This document shows positions 10,218 to 19,814 of a DNA stretch of 64,000 bases, in pieces. A model generated the notes under the pieces. It did no database searches, was not told where the DNA came from, and saw nothing but the letters and a program-made list of their open reading frames with translations. Positions within the stretch are counted from its first letter, which is position 1; each line of letters begins with the position of its first letter. The stretch is from Actinomycetes bacterium. GTDB lineage: Bacteria > Actinomycetota > Acidimicrobiia > Acidimicrobiales > JAKAVM01. The stretch spans positions 2,766 to 66,765 of the forward strand of contig JAKAVM010000101.1 in the NCBI GenBank assembly GCA_021827485.1, in the 5' to 3' direction. Position numbers and translations under genes: made by a program.

Positions 10218-10400
10218 GTCTACCGCCCCAGGTTCGATGCGCACCTACATTTTTGAGAGATGATATTGAAAAGTGTGCATGGGATTCAGGGACGTTTAGA
10301 GTGGGTTTACTACGGGTGCCCACGCACGCCTGCTATTACGACGGTTGACCGAAACCGAGAAACAATAGATCGCACTGCGACGAAATGCGCGACAGGCTCT
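10218..10400. repeat. Copy B of the ~184-bp dispersed repeat
   Basis: See copy A (8480-8663). Confidence 0.85.
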
Positions 10401-10473
10401 TGGTTTGCCTCTTGGTTTAGAGATGATTGGTAATGATGCCTTCGCAGATCTCTCGCGCCATATAGACTTGTAC

Positions 10474-10827
10474 TTATTTAGAAGAAATCAGAGCTGAGCG
10501 AATCTGATCTCTAGTTGGTAAATCCAATCGGCAGGCACCTTCGCTTGGATTAGATCCGGTTTGATCTTGTCCAATAACGTCCTGACCGTTTATCAGTATG
10601 GTTGGCGATGGATAGTCGCCACACAATTCTAAGATTTCACAACCGCAGCCGAGTTCTTCAATAACTGACGCTAGATCAAGACGTACCTGATCTACATTTG
10701 GGCAATTGTCGACATAAAGCAGCTCTACTTTGCACCCTCTCGTGCGGTCTTTGCATTGCTTGCTCATTGATAGGCTTTCCGTTCTTCTTGCTTGAATGAA
10801 AGTAGGTTTCAGATTCAAATTATACAA
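10474..10827 (-). CDS. Small Cys-rich, possibly thioredoxin-fold protein of unknown function
   Basis: VELLYVDNCPNVDQVR...SPTILINGQDV...CRLDLP pattern. The real start is probably the internal MSKQCKD. Confidence 0.35.
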   Translation of the reverse strand: MYNLNLKPTFIQARRTESLSMSKQCKDRTRGCKVELLYVDNCPNVDQVRLDLASVIEELGCGCEILELCGDYPSPTILINGQDVIGQDQTGSNPSEGACRLDLPTRDQIRSALISSK

Positions 10828-10938
10828 GAAACATATTCCTATAACTTGCCAACTTGAGGTGTGGGCCTGTTGGGAGCCGTGGCGTGATTAAGCTGCAGGC
10901 TTGCGTCTATACTTGCACTGTTGCTTGCGTAAGTACTT

Positions 10939-11826
10939 GTGTCTATACTTGCACTGACGTATGATGATGTCATGCTCAACTACCGGACCAGCAACTTTGT
11001 GGCAAGCAACTCCTTAGCGGGAGCTTTCAGTGCTGAAAGCGCTGAAGAATGTGCCAGGCTCCTGGCAGATCTCGCCAACCAGTTCCATGCCTTTGAGGAA
11101 GTGATGCTGCGTGCTCTACGCGGAGAGTGGCCATCTGTCGTTGTCCTGGTAAATAGCTGGCACCGTCTTATTGGCGACGTGCTTGAGGCTGCCTCGGGCC
11201 AGTTTCCGGACCTCGTTCAAAAGTCGAACGACCAATTTTCTATCATGACCGCTTCGAGCGTTCTGAGCGCCGAGCCGATTGGGTATCTAAATCGCCTTAT
11301 CAGCGAGGTTCCCTTTTTGCCTTTAGTCTCTCGCTTTGGACGAAATATTGGTGCAAGTGTAGTGGCAATAAATGCTGTCCGTCTTCTATTGCCCGGTTGC
11401 CCGCCACTTCGCATAGACGTGTCTCCTGGGTGGCCTGATCTGCCAGAAGGGAGCGACATAGACCGCTATCGTCGGCTCGTGGACCTAGCGCTCCGTTCAA
11501 TGCAGCCACCGCTTTCACGACTAAAGGATCTGTTTAATCTCAACACAGGCGAGTGCGCAGAGTTGTTTAACGTGACGCGCCAAGCAGTCGAACAATGGGA
11601 GACGAACGGTGATGTCCCTACGGCTCGACGAGAGAAGCTGGCAAACCTTCTTTCGATTGGCGAGCTGATGGAGCGAAAGCTCAGCCCAGGACGTCTGCCG
11701 CTTGTTGCCCGGAGACGGGCTGATGTGTATGGCGGCCTCACGATGCTCGAGATGGTTCGTGCCGATCGTGATGACGAACTGCGCAAGCTTACCGAGCAAG
11801 CCTTTGACTGGTCGGGAGCCGCGTGA
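10939..11826 (+). CDS. Xre/MbcA(ParS)-type antitoxin with an unusually long N-terminal extension
   Basis: The C-terminal ~100 aa carry an HTH (TGECAELFNVTRQAVEQWE) plus a DUF2384-like toxin-binding tail (GGLTMLEMVRADRDDEL). It overlaps the RES gene by 4 bp. Confidence 0.6.
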   Translation: MSILALTYDDVMLNYRTSNFVASNSLAGAFSAESAEECARLLADLANQFHAFEEVMLRALRGEWPSVVVLVNSWHRLIGDVLEAASGQFPDLVQKSNDQFSIMTASSVLSAEPIGYLNRLISEVPFLPLVSRFGRNIGASVVAINAVRLLLPGCPPLRIDVSPGWPDLPEGSDIDRYRRLVDLALRSMQPPLSRLKDLFNLNTGECAELFNVTRQAVEQWETNGDVPTARREKLANLLSIGELMERKLSPGRLPLVARRRADVYGGLTMLEMVRADRDDELRKLTEQAFDWSGAA

Positions 11827-12374
11827 TGGAGTCCACCGATCGTTCTGGTGTGTATTATCGCATTGCCGATCCCTCATGGGAAGATCCCCTCAACGGGTCT
11901 TATTCAATGCGCTTTGGCGCACGGTGGAATGCACCTGGAAGTTTTCCCGTTACCTATCTAAATGCCGATCTCAATACCGCTCGGGCGAATGCCCGACGGG
12001 TTCTAACTGAGAAGCTAAGTGGGCAGCCCTTTGTTGCGGAAGATCTTGAGCGTTCGGAATTGCCAATTCTTATAGTGCTCGACGTTCCTGATCGTCGCTA
12101 CCTCGACGTTGTAGCGCGCGAAGCGATTGTTCGCAACGGCCTTCCAGCTACGTATCCCGATGATGGAATTGGCAATGTCGTTTCCTGGGATGTATGCCAG
12201 CCTGTAGGGCAACTAGCATGGGATGGCGCGCTTGCGGGTATCGCATACATATCGGCAGCAAAGCATGCACCATCTGATGGTGAGGAGTTGGCCTGGTTTG
12301 ATAGGCATGAAGTCGAGCTGCGGGCAAAACGCAAGCAGTCTTTCGAGGACTGGTATGGACCATTCGACTGGTAA
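11823..12374 (+). CDS. RES-domain toxin (NAD+-degrading family)
   Basis: YYRIADPSWEDPL...RFGARWNAPGSFPVTYLN...GIAYISAAK matches the R-E-S domain layout. Confidence 0.8.
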   Translation: MMESTDRSGVYYRIADPSWEDPLNGSYSMRFGARWNAPGSFPVTYLNADLNTARANARRVLTEKLSGQPFVAEDLERSELPILIVLDVPDRRYLDVVAREAIVRNGLPATYPDDGIGNVVSWDVCQPVGQLAWDGALAGIAYISAAKHAPSDGEELAWFDRHEVELRAKRKQSFEDWYGPFDW

Positions 12375-12532
12375 TCTCAACCTAAGTCCCAAATAGGAAG
12401 ATTCGCATCTTACCTGGTCACGGCGTGCCCGCCCCGGTCGGCAGGCGCTTTGTTGGGGCTAGTAAACTTCTCTACACAAGGGATCCACTACCGAAGTTCT
12501 AAGGCAAAAAACTATCCAGTGGTTCCACCTAC

Positions 12533-13405
12533 TTGCCCCGTGAGTCAGCTAATCTTCATTATGTGAGCTACGAGGTGTCAACTCCTGTCTATGAGGGCCC
12601 TTTTGACCTTTTACTGCATCTAATTACCTCTGAAGAGGTGGATCTCTATGAGATATCCATCTCTAAGATCGTAGATAGGTTTCTGGGCGAGCTAGAAAGG
12701 ATTGCTAGTGGTCTTGACCTGGCAAGTGCAACCGAGTTTGCATTGATTGCTGCAACTCTAATCCAACTAAAATGTCGAAAACTACTACCCGCGTCGGATG
12801 AAGTTGAACTCGATGAAGAGCTGGCAATGTGGGAGGAACGGGACTTACTACTCTCGAAGCTACTCGAATTTTCAGCGTTCAAAGAAGTTGCGGCGATGAT
12901 GCGTGAACGAATTGAACTGGCGTCAAAGTCTCTTCCAAGAGTTGCTGGGCTCGATGAAAGATACTTTGATCTAACTCCTGATCTCCTGCAGGGCGTTACC
13001 CCCGAGAAAGTTCGTAAAGCGATGCTTAGGGTAATTACTCCGAAACCGGTTCCCCAGTTGGAACTCGATCATGTAACGATAGTCAATATATCAGTAGCCC
13101 AAACCATCAAAGATATTGCTTACAAGCTTCGTGAAGTCCGTCGTGCTACTTTTCGCGAGCTAACTAGTGAGACGACACAAGTTTTGGAAGTAGTAGTTGC
13201 CTTCCTTGCAATTTTGGAGCTTTACAAACAAGATTTGGTCGAGATAGAGCAAGCGGAGCGTTTTGGCGACATAGTTGTCGAGTGGAGGCAAGATAGTGCC
13301 TGGGGAGAGTATATTGACATTGATTCAATAGAGGTTTCAGCCGAACTTTCTCAAGAAGCAGTAGATCGAGCGCTAGCCTCGGTTAGCGAGGAGTATGAAG
13401 GCTAG
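12533..13405 (+). CDS. scpA: Segregation and condensation protein A
   Basis: YEGPFDLLLHLITSEEVDLYEISISKIVDRFL signature, with scpB directly downstream. Confidence 0.85.
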   Translation: MPRESANLHYVSYEVSTPVYEGPFDLLLHLITSEEVDLYEISISKIVDRFLGELERIASGLDLASATEFALIAATLIQLKCRKLLPASDEVELDEELAMWEERDLLLSKLLEFSAFKEVAAMMRERIELASKSLPRVAGLDERYFDLTPDLLQGVTPEKVRKAMLRVITPKPVPQLELDHVTIVNISVAQTIKDIAYKLREVRRATFRELTSETTQVLEVVVAFLAILELYKQDLVEIEQAERFGDIVVEWRQDSAWGEYIDIDSIEVSAELSQEAVDRALASVSEEYEG

Positions 13406-13496
13406 GGAGGCTAGGGAGGATAGGGAGCGCAATAGATTTTCTAAAAGCAGCGGGGGAGTAGATGAGATATACTAATAAGAGATAGGATGGGCGCTA

Positions 13497-14330
13497 GTGG
13501 AAGCATCTGAAAATATAGGTCAACAGACCGGGCAAAGCGGACAGTACACTGTTGCAGGTGAAGTAAGTCAACAGGTCAGGCCTCTATCTGAGACCGAACT
13601 AGAGATTTCCAACGACTTCGAAGTAGGCGATGAAGCGGGCTACAGTAATGAGAACGCTGCCCAAGACGGCTATGTCGAAGAGAGTGGCAATCAAGATGGT
13701 CGATTAGAGAGGGCTAGTGAGCTAAGGGCAATTGAAGCAGTGTTAATGGTAGCTCTGGAGCCGATACAACCCCATCTATTGGCCGAGCTTCTCGAAGTCT
13801 CGATTGATCGGGTTGAAGAGCTTTGTGTAAAGCTACAAGAAGAGTACGCTAATGCACAGGCGGGATTTGAGATCGTAAAGATTGCTGGAGGATATCGTTT
13901 TCAGAGTCATCCAGACATGGCTGAGTTCGTTGAGAAGTTTGCCCTAGAGGGCCAGACAGGCCGGCTTACCAATGCAGCAATGGAAACTTTGGCAATCGTG
14001 GCCTATAAGCAGCCGATTTCAAGGGCTCAAATCTCTTCAGTACGCGGTGTCAATGTGGATTCCACCGTAGCTATGCTCGTCCAGCGAGGATATATTGCTG
14101 AGATTGGACGCGATCCAGGCCCTGGTAGAGCAGTTCTCTATGGCACGACAGATCTTTTCTTGGAGAAGTTGGGTCTTGGGTCGGTTGCCGATCTTCCTCC
14201 GTTGGCAGACTTTGTACCTGGCCCAGAGGTGGTGGAGCGTCTCGAAGCAGGTTTGAGACCAACCGAGGTGAGCTTAGATAGTATTGAAGATTCTAGTACA
14301 GACCCTGAGACTCCAATGGGAGATGATTAA
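13497..14330 (+). CDS. scpB: Segregation and condensation protein B with an acidic N-terminal extension
   Basis: AIEAVLMVALEPI, GGYRFQS, ETLAIVAYKQPISRAQISSVRGV. Confidence 0.8.
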   Translation: MEASENIGQQTGQSGQYTVAGEVSQQVRPLSETELEISNDFEVGDEAGYSNENAAQDGYVEESGNQDGRLERASELRAIEAVLMVALEPIQPHLLAELLEVSIDRVEELCVKLQEEYANAQAGFEIVKIAGGYRFQSHPDMAEFVEKFALEGQTGRLTNAAMETLAIVAYKQPISRAQISSVRGVNVDSTVAMLVQRGYIAEIGRDPGPGRAVLYGTTDLFLEKLGLGSVADLPPLADFVPGPEVVERLEAGLRPTEVSLDSIEDSSTDPETPMGDD

Positions 14331-15105
14331 CCAGACCGAACCCGACGGTGAGCGTTTACAGAAAATCCTCTCGCGAAGAGGCTATGGCTCTAGACGCAAG
14401 TGTGAGGAGCTGATTTCCCAAGGGCGCGTCAAGGTGAATGGCGAGCTAGCCCGCCTTGGCCAACGTGTTGTTTTTGGCAGAGATAGAGTTGAGGTGGATG
14501 GTGCACCTGTTTCTAGCCAGTCAGATTGCGTCTACTATCTTTTCAATAAACCAGCTGCGGTAATCTGCAGTGCTGACGACCCGCAAGGCCGCAAGACGAT
14601 ATATGATTATGTGCCATCAACTCCTAGGGTTTTTTCGATAGGTCGACTCGACTACGACTCCGAGGGCTTAATTATCCTTACAAATGACGGGGAGTTTGCC
14701 AACCTACTTGCCCATCCATCAAAAGGTGTTGAGAAGCATTATGTAGTTGAATTGGATTGCACTCCAACCGCAAACGCCTTACGGCAGCTGCGAAAAGGCG
14801 TCCAATTAGATGATGGGCTCACCTCTCCGGCTAAAGTATCTCAGATGGACGCAAAAGTTCTAAAGATAGTAATACACGAAGGAAGAAATCGACAGGTACG
14901 AAGAATGTGTGAAGTACTTGGCTATAACGTAACCAGGCTTGTAAGGGTATCGATTGGATCAGTTGCCGATCGTTCATTGAAACCTGGCCAGTACAGGGAG
15001 CTAACCTTGCAAGAGGTAAAGAGGCTAGCAACCGAAGGATCGTACTCAAGAGCGCACTCACGAGCGCACTCACGAGCGCACTCAAGAGGTAGAAATGGCA
15101 ACTAA
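14284..15105 (+). CDS. rluB: Pseudouridine synthase, RsuA/RluB family
   Basis: S4 domain (RLQKILSRRGYGSRRKCEELI) and catalytic GRLDYDSEGLIILTNDG. The true start is probably internal (MINQTEP). The C-terminus carries AHSR x3 from a 12-bp tandem repeat at 15051-15086. Confidence 0.85.
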   Translation: MKILVQTLRLQWEMINQTEPDGERLQKILSRRGYGSRRKCEELISQGRVKVNGELARLGQRVVFGRDRVEVDGAPVSSQSDCVYYLFNKPAAVICSADDPQGRKTIYDYVPSTPRVFSIGRLDYDSEGLIILTNDGEFANLLAHPSKGVEKHYVVELDCTPTANALRQLRKGVQLDDGLTSPAKVSQMDAKVLKIVIHEGRNRQVRRMCEVLGYNVTRLVRVSIGSVADRSLKPGQYRELTLQEVKRLATEGSYSRAHSRAHSRAHSRGRNGN

Positions 15106-15463
15106 GGTATTGGCTATTCGTGGCGCTACTGTAGTGGAGCACGACAGCGTGGCAGAGATCACAGAGCGGGTCGCAGAGCTTGTAGGCGAGATGATGTCTA
15201 GGAATAAACTAGCTTCCCAGGATATAATCTCTGCTATTTTTACTGCTACCGATGATATTGTCTCAATGTTTCCAGCCACTGCAGCCCGTAAGAGTTTTAT
15301 GGCCGATGTCCCACTTCTGTGCGCGAGAGAACTCTCGGTTGAAGGGGCTATTGAGCGGTGTATTCGTGTAATGATGCATGTTGAGACTTCTCTTTCAAGA
15401 CAAGAGCTTCAACACATCTACCTACACGAGGCAATCACCTTGCGAGATGAGCCTCGCAACTAA
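15095..15463 (+). CDS. aroH: Monofunctional chorismate mutase, AroH type
   Basis: IRGATVVEHD...IFTATDD...FPATAAR...CIRVMMHV...HIYL closely parallels B. subtilis AroH as I recall it. Confidence 0.85.
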   Translation: MATKVLAIRGATVVEHDSVAEITERVAELVGEMMSRNKLASQDIISAIFTATDDIVSMFPATAARKSFMADVPLLCARELSVEGAIERCIRVMMHVETSLSRQELQHIYLHEAITLRDEPRN

Positions 15464-16532
15464 CGTGTCTAGCGCTTGGATTATAGGAGTTGGTCTAATC
15501 GGAGGATCGATTGGTAAAGCTTTGCGCCAGAATGAGTGGACTGTTTATGGAACAGACCTTGACAACGATGTTCTCACAAAGGCGCTCAGTGTTGGAGCAA
15601 TAGATAAAGTTGGACCTTACCCCGAATGCGATGTGGTTTTCGTCTGCGTTCCTTCAAGCTCATCAGTAGAGGTGATAAAGAAGGCTTTGACCCAAGCGCC
15701 AGAGGCGATTGTTAGCGACGTGGCTGGGGTAAAAGAGTCGATATGCTCAGAAGTGGTGGACCCTCGTTTCATTGGCGGTCACCCGATGGCAGGATCCGAA
15801 AAACTCGGAGTGTCAGGCTCCGATAGCCAAATTTTTGAAGGACGTGCCTGGGTACTTACCCCAAATGAAACAACTGACCCAGCCATTTTTGCAAAGTTGC
15901 ATGGGATCGTAACCTTGCTTGGAGCACGCCCAATTGCAATGTCGCCAAAGCGTCATGATATTTTAGTGGCAACAGTTTCGCACCTACCACACCTTTTGGC
16001 AGCTTCGCTTATGAACTTAGCTGGTGATCAGGCCGAGGAGTTCGCCGAACTGCTTTTGTTGGCGGCGGGAGGTTTTCGCGATATGACTAGGATCTCATCT
16101 TCTGATCCTCAAGGGTGGCCTGATATTTGTATTGAAAATAAGCAAGCAATTGGGGTAGCAATTGATGCTATAGTTGAACGACTTGCTCAAGTAAACAAAG
16201 CAGTAGCAAATGAAGATCGTGAGGCGATCTTGTCAACGTTGATAAGTGCCCGACAGCGCCGCGAGATGCTTCCTGCCAAAGGTGACGTACCGCTAAGAAT
16301 CGCTCAAATTAGTGTTCGAATTCAAGACCGTCCCGGTGCTTTGGCCCAAATCACTACAAAAGCCGCGCAGATGGGTATCAACATAGAGGACCTTGCAATT
16401 GCACACGCGCTTGGTGGTGGAGCTGGCACCCTCTATCTTTCAGTTGATGAATCAAAGGCGTCTGACTTTATCGGCCAGCTACAAGCTGAGGACTTCCATG
16501 CGATGCTTGTTACGTCGAACGATCACGTTTAG
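15378..16532 (+). CDS. tyrA: Prephenate dehydrogenase with C-terminal ACT domain
   Basis: GVGLIGGSIGKAL and GGHPMAGSE. The likely real start is the ATG at 15447 (MSLATN). Confidence 0.85.
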   Translation: MLRLLFQDKSFNTSTYTRQSPCEMSLATNVSSAWIIGVGLIGGSIGKALRQNEWTVYGTDLDNDVLTKALSVGAIDKVGPYPECDVVFVCVPSSSSVEVIKKALTQAPEAIVSDVAGVKESICSEVVDPRFIGGHPMAGSEKLGVSGSDSQIFEGRAWVLTPNETTDPAIFAKLHGIVTLLGARPIAMSPKRHDILVATVSHLPHLLAASLMNLAGDQAEEFAELLLLAAGGFRDMTRISSSDPQGWPDICIENKQAIGVAIDAIVERLAQVNKAVANEDREAILSTLISARQRREMLPAKGDVPLRIAQISVRIQDRPGALAQITTKAAQMGINIEDLAIAHALGGGAGTLYLSVDESKASDFIGQLQAEDFHAMLVTSNDHV

Positions 16533-16608
16533 CTACTATGAGATCGCATGGTAATACATCATTGCTTGATTTTGGTCATTTCGGCCTAGCCCGTTTAGGC
16601 TGGAGCTA

Positions 16609-18063
16609 ATGGGAGATACTTTTGTTTCTGGTCCTGGCTATAAGCTGAGCGGCTCAGTTGATGTGCCTGGCGATAAATCTATCTCGCATCGCGCTCTTAT
16701 TGTCGGAGCACTTGCTAGCGGAAGGTCACAGATTGTTGGACTTTCTAACGGTCTAGATGTACTAAATACAGCAAGAGCAGTGAGGATGTTGGGAGCTACT
16801 CTCGAAAAGGGATCGAGCGTTGGCGGCCGCACTACCTTGCTAATTGACGGCGGTCCACGAAGACTGCATGAGCCAAGTGACGTTATTGATCTAGGTAACT
16901 CAGGGACTGGGATGCGGCTCTTGGCTGGCGCGGTAGCGGGATTTCAATGGGTAACTCTCTTGAGTGGTGATGATTCATTGTCTTCACGCCCAATGGACCG
17001 AATCACTAACCCTTTACGTCAGATGGGCGCCAAGATCTATGGGCGCCAAGATGCCATGTTTGCTCCGCTAATGGTTAAGGGAGGAGATTTATCGGGTATC
17101 GACTATGCGCCACCAGTCTCCTCTGCTCAGGTGAAGTCTGCAATCTTACTTGCGGGACTTAGGGCAGAAGGTGAGACGATAGTGCGTGAGAGTGTTACGA
17201 CTCGTTCTCACACCGAAGAGTTACTGCTCCAAAGTGGTGTCAATCTCAAAGTATCGCCTAATGGTGCTGGCCAGATTATAGAACTTGTCCCAGGGCCGCT
17301 TGACCCAATTGACATTGACGTATGCGCTGATCCATCTCAAGCAGCTTTTTGGATAGTAGCTGCGACAATTGTACCAGGCAGCCATATCGTCTTAGAGAAT
17401 GTTTACTGCGGGGCAGACCGAATTGGTTTTATTGACGTATTGAAAAAAATGGGTGCCGATATCCAGCTAGAGCCATCTGGCCCAACTGGCCATACTGGCG
17501 CAGCTAGCCATACTGACCCAACTAGCCATACTGACCCAACTAGCCATACTGGCCCAACTGGCAGTTCTGGAGGCGCTTTACGAGCAAGAATTGAGGTGAA
17601 ATACTCAGGAACCCTACAAGGGATTACAATATCAGGAGACGATATTATTGGACTCGACGAGGTTCCAATACTAGCTGTGGCAGCATGTTGCGCACAGGGT
17701 GAGACTATTTTTACCGACGTTGGAGATTTGCGAGCAAAGGAATCTGACCGCATTACAAGCTTGGATTCAGAACTAGGAAAACTCGGAGCGAAATTGACAG
17801 TTGAAGGCCAGGGATCCTTTCGGATAGAAGGCACACCCTTCGTCTCTGGTTCGGGGTCAAAGGTACGCTCCTCGCCATTTGAAGGTGGTCGGGTTGACTC
17901 ACGAGGCGATCATCGCATAGCAATGGCGTGCGCAATTGCGGGGTTAGTAAGTAAAGAGCCTGTTACTATATCTGGGTGGAGCTGTGTTGCCAGCAGTTAT
18001 CCAAGTTTTGCGGATCACTTTCGCAAACTCACTAGATGGAATACTGAGCCGGTCCTTTCATGA
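16609..18063 (+). CDS. aroA: 3-phosphoshikimate 1-carboxyvinyltransferase (EPSP synthase) with a repeat-encoded insertion
   Basis: PGDKSISHRALI, LGNSGTGMRLL, KESDRI, GDHRIAMA. Confidence 0.9.
   Translation: MGDTFVSGPGYKLSGSVDVPGDKSISHRALIVGALASGRSQIVGLSNGLDVLNTARAVRMLGATLEKGSSVGGRTTLLIDGGPRRLHEPSDVIDLGNSGTGMRLLAGAVAGFQWVTLLSGDDSLSSRPMDRITNPLRQMGAKIYGRQDAMFAPLMVKGGDLSGIDYAPPVSSAQVKSAILLAGLRAEGETIVRESVTTRSHTEELLLQSGVNLKVSPNGAGQIIELVPGPLDPIDIDVCADPSQAAFWIVAATIVPGSHIVLENVYCGADRIGFIDVLKKMGADIQLEPSGPTGHTGAASHTDPTSHTDPTSHTGPTGSSGGALRARIEVKYSGTLQGITISGDDIIGLDEVPILAVAACCAQGETIFTDVGDLRAKESDRITSLDSELGKLGAKLTVEGQGSFRIEGTPFVSGSGSKVRSSPFEGGRVDSRGDHRIAMACAIAGLVSKEPVTISGWSCVASSYPSFADHFRKLTRWNTEPVLS
17479..17562 (+). 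repeat. In-frame 18-bp tandem repeat (about 4.7 copies) inside aroA
   Basis: Units ggcccaactggccatact / ggcgcagctagccatact / gacccaactagccatact x2 encode GPTGHT GAASHT DPTSHT DPTSHT GPTG. Confidence 0.9.
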
Positions 18064-18112
18064 ATGCACTTGCTAATTGCCTAGGATTGGCTAGTTGAAG
18101 AGGATGGGCTAG

Positions 18113-19519
18113 TTGGACAGGTTAGTGATTGCTATTGACGGTCCCTCTGGATCCGGCAAGTCAACCTTGGCTAAAGCGCTTGCCTCAAATGTAGGGCTAG
18201 CTTATTTGGATACAGGAGCTATGTATCGATGCGTGGGTCTTAGTGTCTTGGAAGCAGGAATAGATTCAAGCGATTTCCAAGCAGTTGCCTCATTGGCCAA
18301 AGATGTCTCTTTCGAAGTAGGCGAGAGGATACTGATTGGCGCAAAGGATGTAACTGAGGCGATTCGCTCGCAAGAGGTTTCACAAATTGCCTCTATCGTG
18401 GCAGCTATTCCATCTGTACGAAGTGAATTAGTAGCGAGGCAGAGGCAGTGGATAGAAAGTCACCCGAGATGCGTAATAGAGGGTCGAGACATTGCTTCAG
18501 TCGTGTACCCAAGTGCACAATTGAAACTTTTTATGGTTGCTCGACAAGATGTCAGAGCGAAGAGGCGCTCTGAAGAGTTGCGCGACGATGAGTCGACAGT
18601 AGCGCAACAACTCCAAGAGCGAGACCTGCGAGATTCGAATCGAAGTGACTCCCCGTTGGTCAGAGTTGCAGATGCTGTGGAGGTCGATACTAGTGGCCAT
18701 AGTGTGGAGGAATCCCTTGATATCGTGATGAAGTTGCTAAAGGAGCGAAACTTGATTGAATCTAACTCAACGCAGCGCCCTCCAGAAAATCAAGACCCGC
18801 AAGCTCCAACGCAGCGTTCGTTGACTGTCCTTGCTGGCACACGGGCTAAAGTTGAATACAAACCACCTACTTCGGGCTCGCTGATTTTCTTTAGTGTCTG
18901 TCGGCTTATAGCTGCCACAATCTGTCGTGCATATTGCAGGGTAACTGTAGAAGGACGCTCAAATCTACCCAAGGATGGCACCTATATTATCGCTCCCGTG
19001 CATCGTTCTTATGTCGATTGGATCGTTATGAGTTGTGTTACTCGACGGCGCATAAGGTTTATGGCTAAAGATACTCTTTGGAGTTCGCGCTTCGTCGGTT
19101 GGCTTTTAGGCGCTCTGGGCACATTTCCGGTTCATCGAGGTAGTGCCGATCGTTCTGCACTAGGCATGTGTGTGACTATTCTAAAAGAAGGAGAACCTTG
19201 TGTGCTCTTCCCCGAAGGCCAGAGAATGAGCGGACCTGAAGTTGAAGAGGTATTCGATGGCGCAACTTATGTGGCGGCCAAGGCAAAGGTACCTATAGTG
19301 CCGGTCGGGATCGGAGGTAGCGAGAGAGTGATGCAAAAGGGTAAGCCTCTACCGCGTCCATACAAGATCCATATTGTCATTGGAAAACCGATTGAACCGC
19401 CTGAGTGCGGTCCAACAGGTAAAGTATCGAGGCGCGCTGTAAAAGAATCAAGTGATCATCTTAGAGAGACAATACAAGATCTTTTCGACCAGGCCCAGCG
19501 TAAGGTGGGCTTACTCTAA
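18113..19519 (+). CDS. cmk: Fusion of cytidylate kinase and a PlsC-type lysophospholipid acyltransferase
   Basis: The N-terminal half has IAIDGPSGSGKSTLAKALA and LDTGAMYR. The C-terminal half has the acyltransferase HX4D motif (VHRSYVDW) and FPEGQR. It is one uninterrupted ORF. Confidence 0.8.
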   Translation: MDRLVIAIDGPSGSGKSTLAKALASNVGLAYLDTGAMYRCVGLSVLEAGIDSSDFQAVASLAKDVSFEVGERILIGAKDVTEAIRSQEVSQIASIVAAIPSVRSELVARQRQWIESHPRCVIEGRDIASVVYPSAQLKLFMVARQDVRAKRRSEELRDDESTVAQQLQERDLRDSNRSDSPLVRVADAVEVDTSGHSVEESLDIVMKLLKERNLIESNSTQRPPENQDPQAPTQRSLTVLAGTRAKVEYKPPTSGSLIFFSVCRLIAATICRAYCRVTVEGRSNLPKDGTYIIAPVHRSYVDWIVMSCVTRRRIRFMAKDTLWSSRFVGWLLGALGTFPVHRGSADRSALGMCVTILKEGEPCVLFPEGQRMSGPEVEEVFDGATYVAAKAKVPIVPVGIGGSERVMQKGKPLPRPYKIHIVIGKPIEPPECGPTGKVSRRAVKESSDHLRETIQDLFDQAQRKVGLL

Positions 19520-19814
19520 GGCAAATCTAAAAATATCATATTAGGCTTTAGCTTTGAAGATACGCTTGCTCAATTTCGCTGAGCATATCGTCAATTTCGC
19601 CGGAAGGGAAGCTGTATTGCACAGCCGATCTTAATGCTGAAAGTTTCTTTTCGACGTCTTTATATGAATTATCGCGTTCTGCCGTTCTAATAGGTAGATT
19701 CTACCTTCCCTAGCCTCAGGGTGCCGCCCTGGTAGGTGTGCGCCGGTAGTTAGTCGATAGATTCGTTGTGCCGAATTAGGAAGAAAGATAGACATAGTAT
19801 GGTAGACTTCTTCC

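Noticed and set aside
19545-19690. Minus-strand frame ending ...KKLSALRSAVQYSFPSGEIDDMLSEIEQAYLQS*, reminiscent of a ParD-type antitoxin C-terminus
   Set aside because: There is no start codon, only about 48 codons are open, and the similarity is impressionistic. This is too weak to annotate even as a pseudogene.
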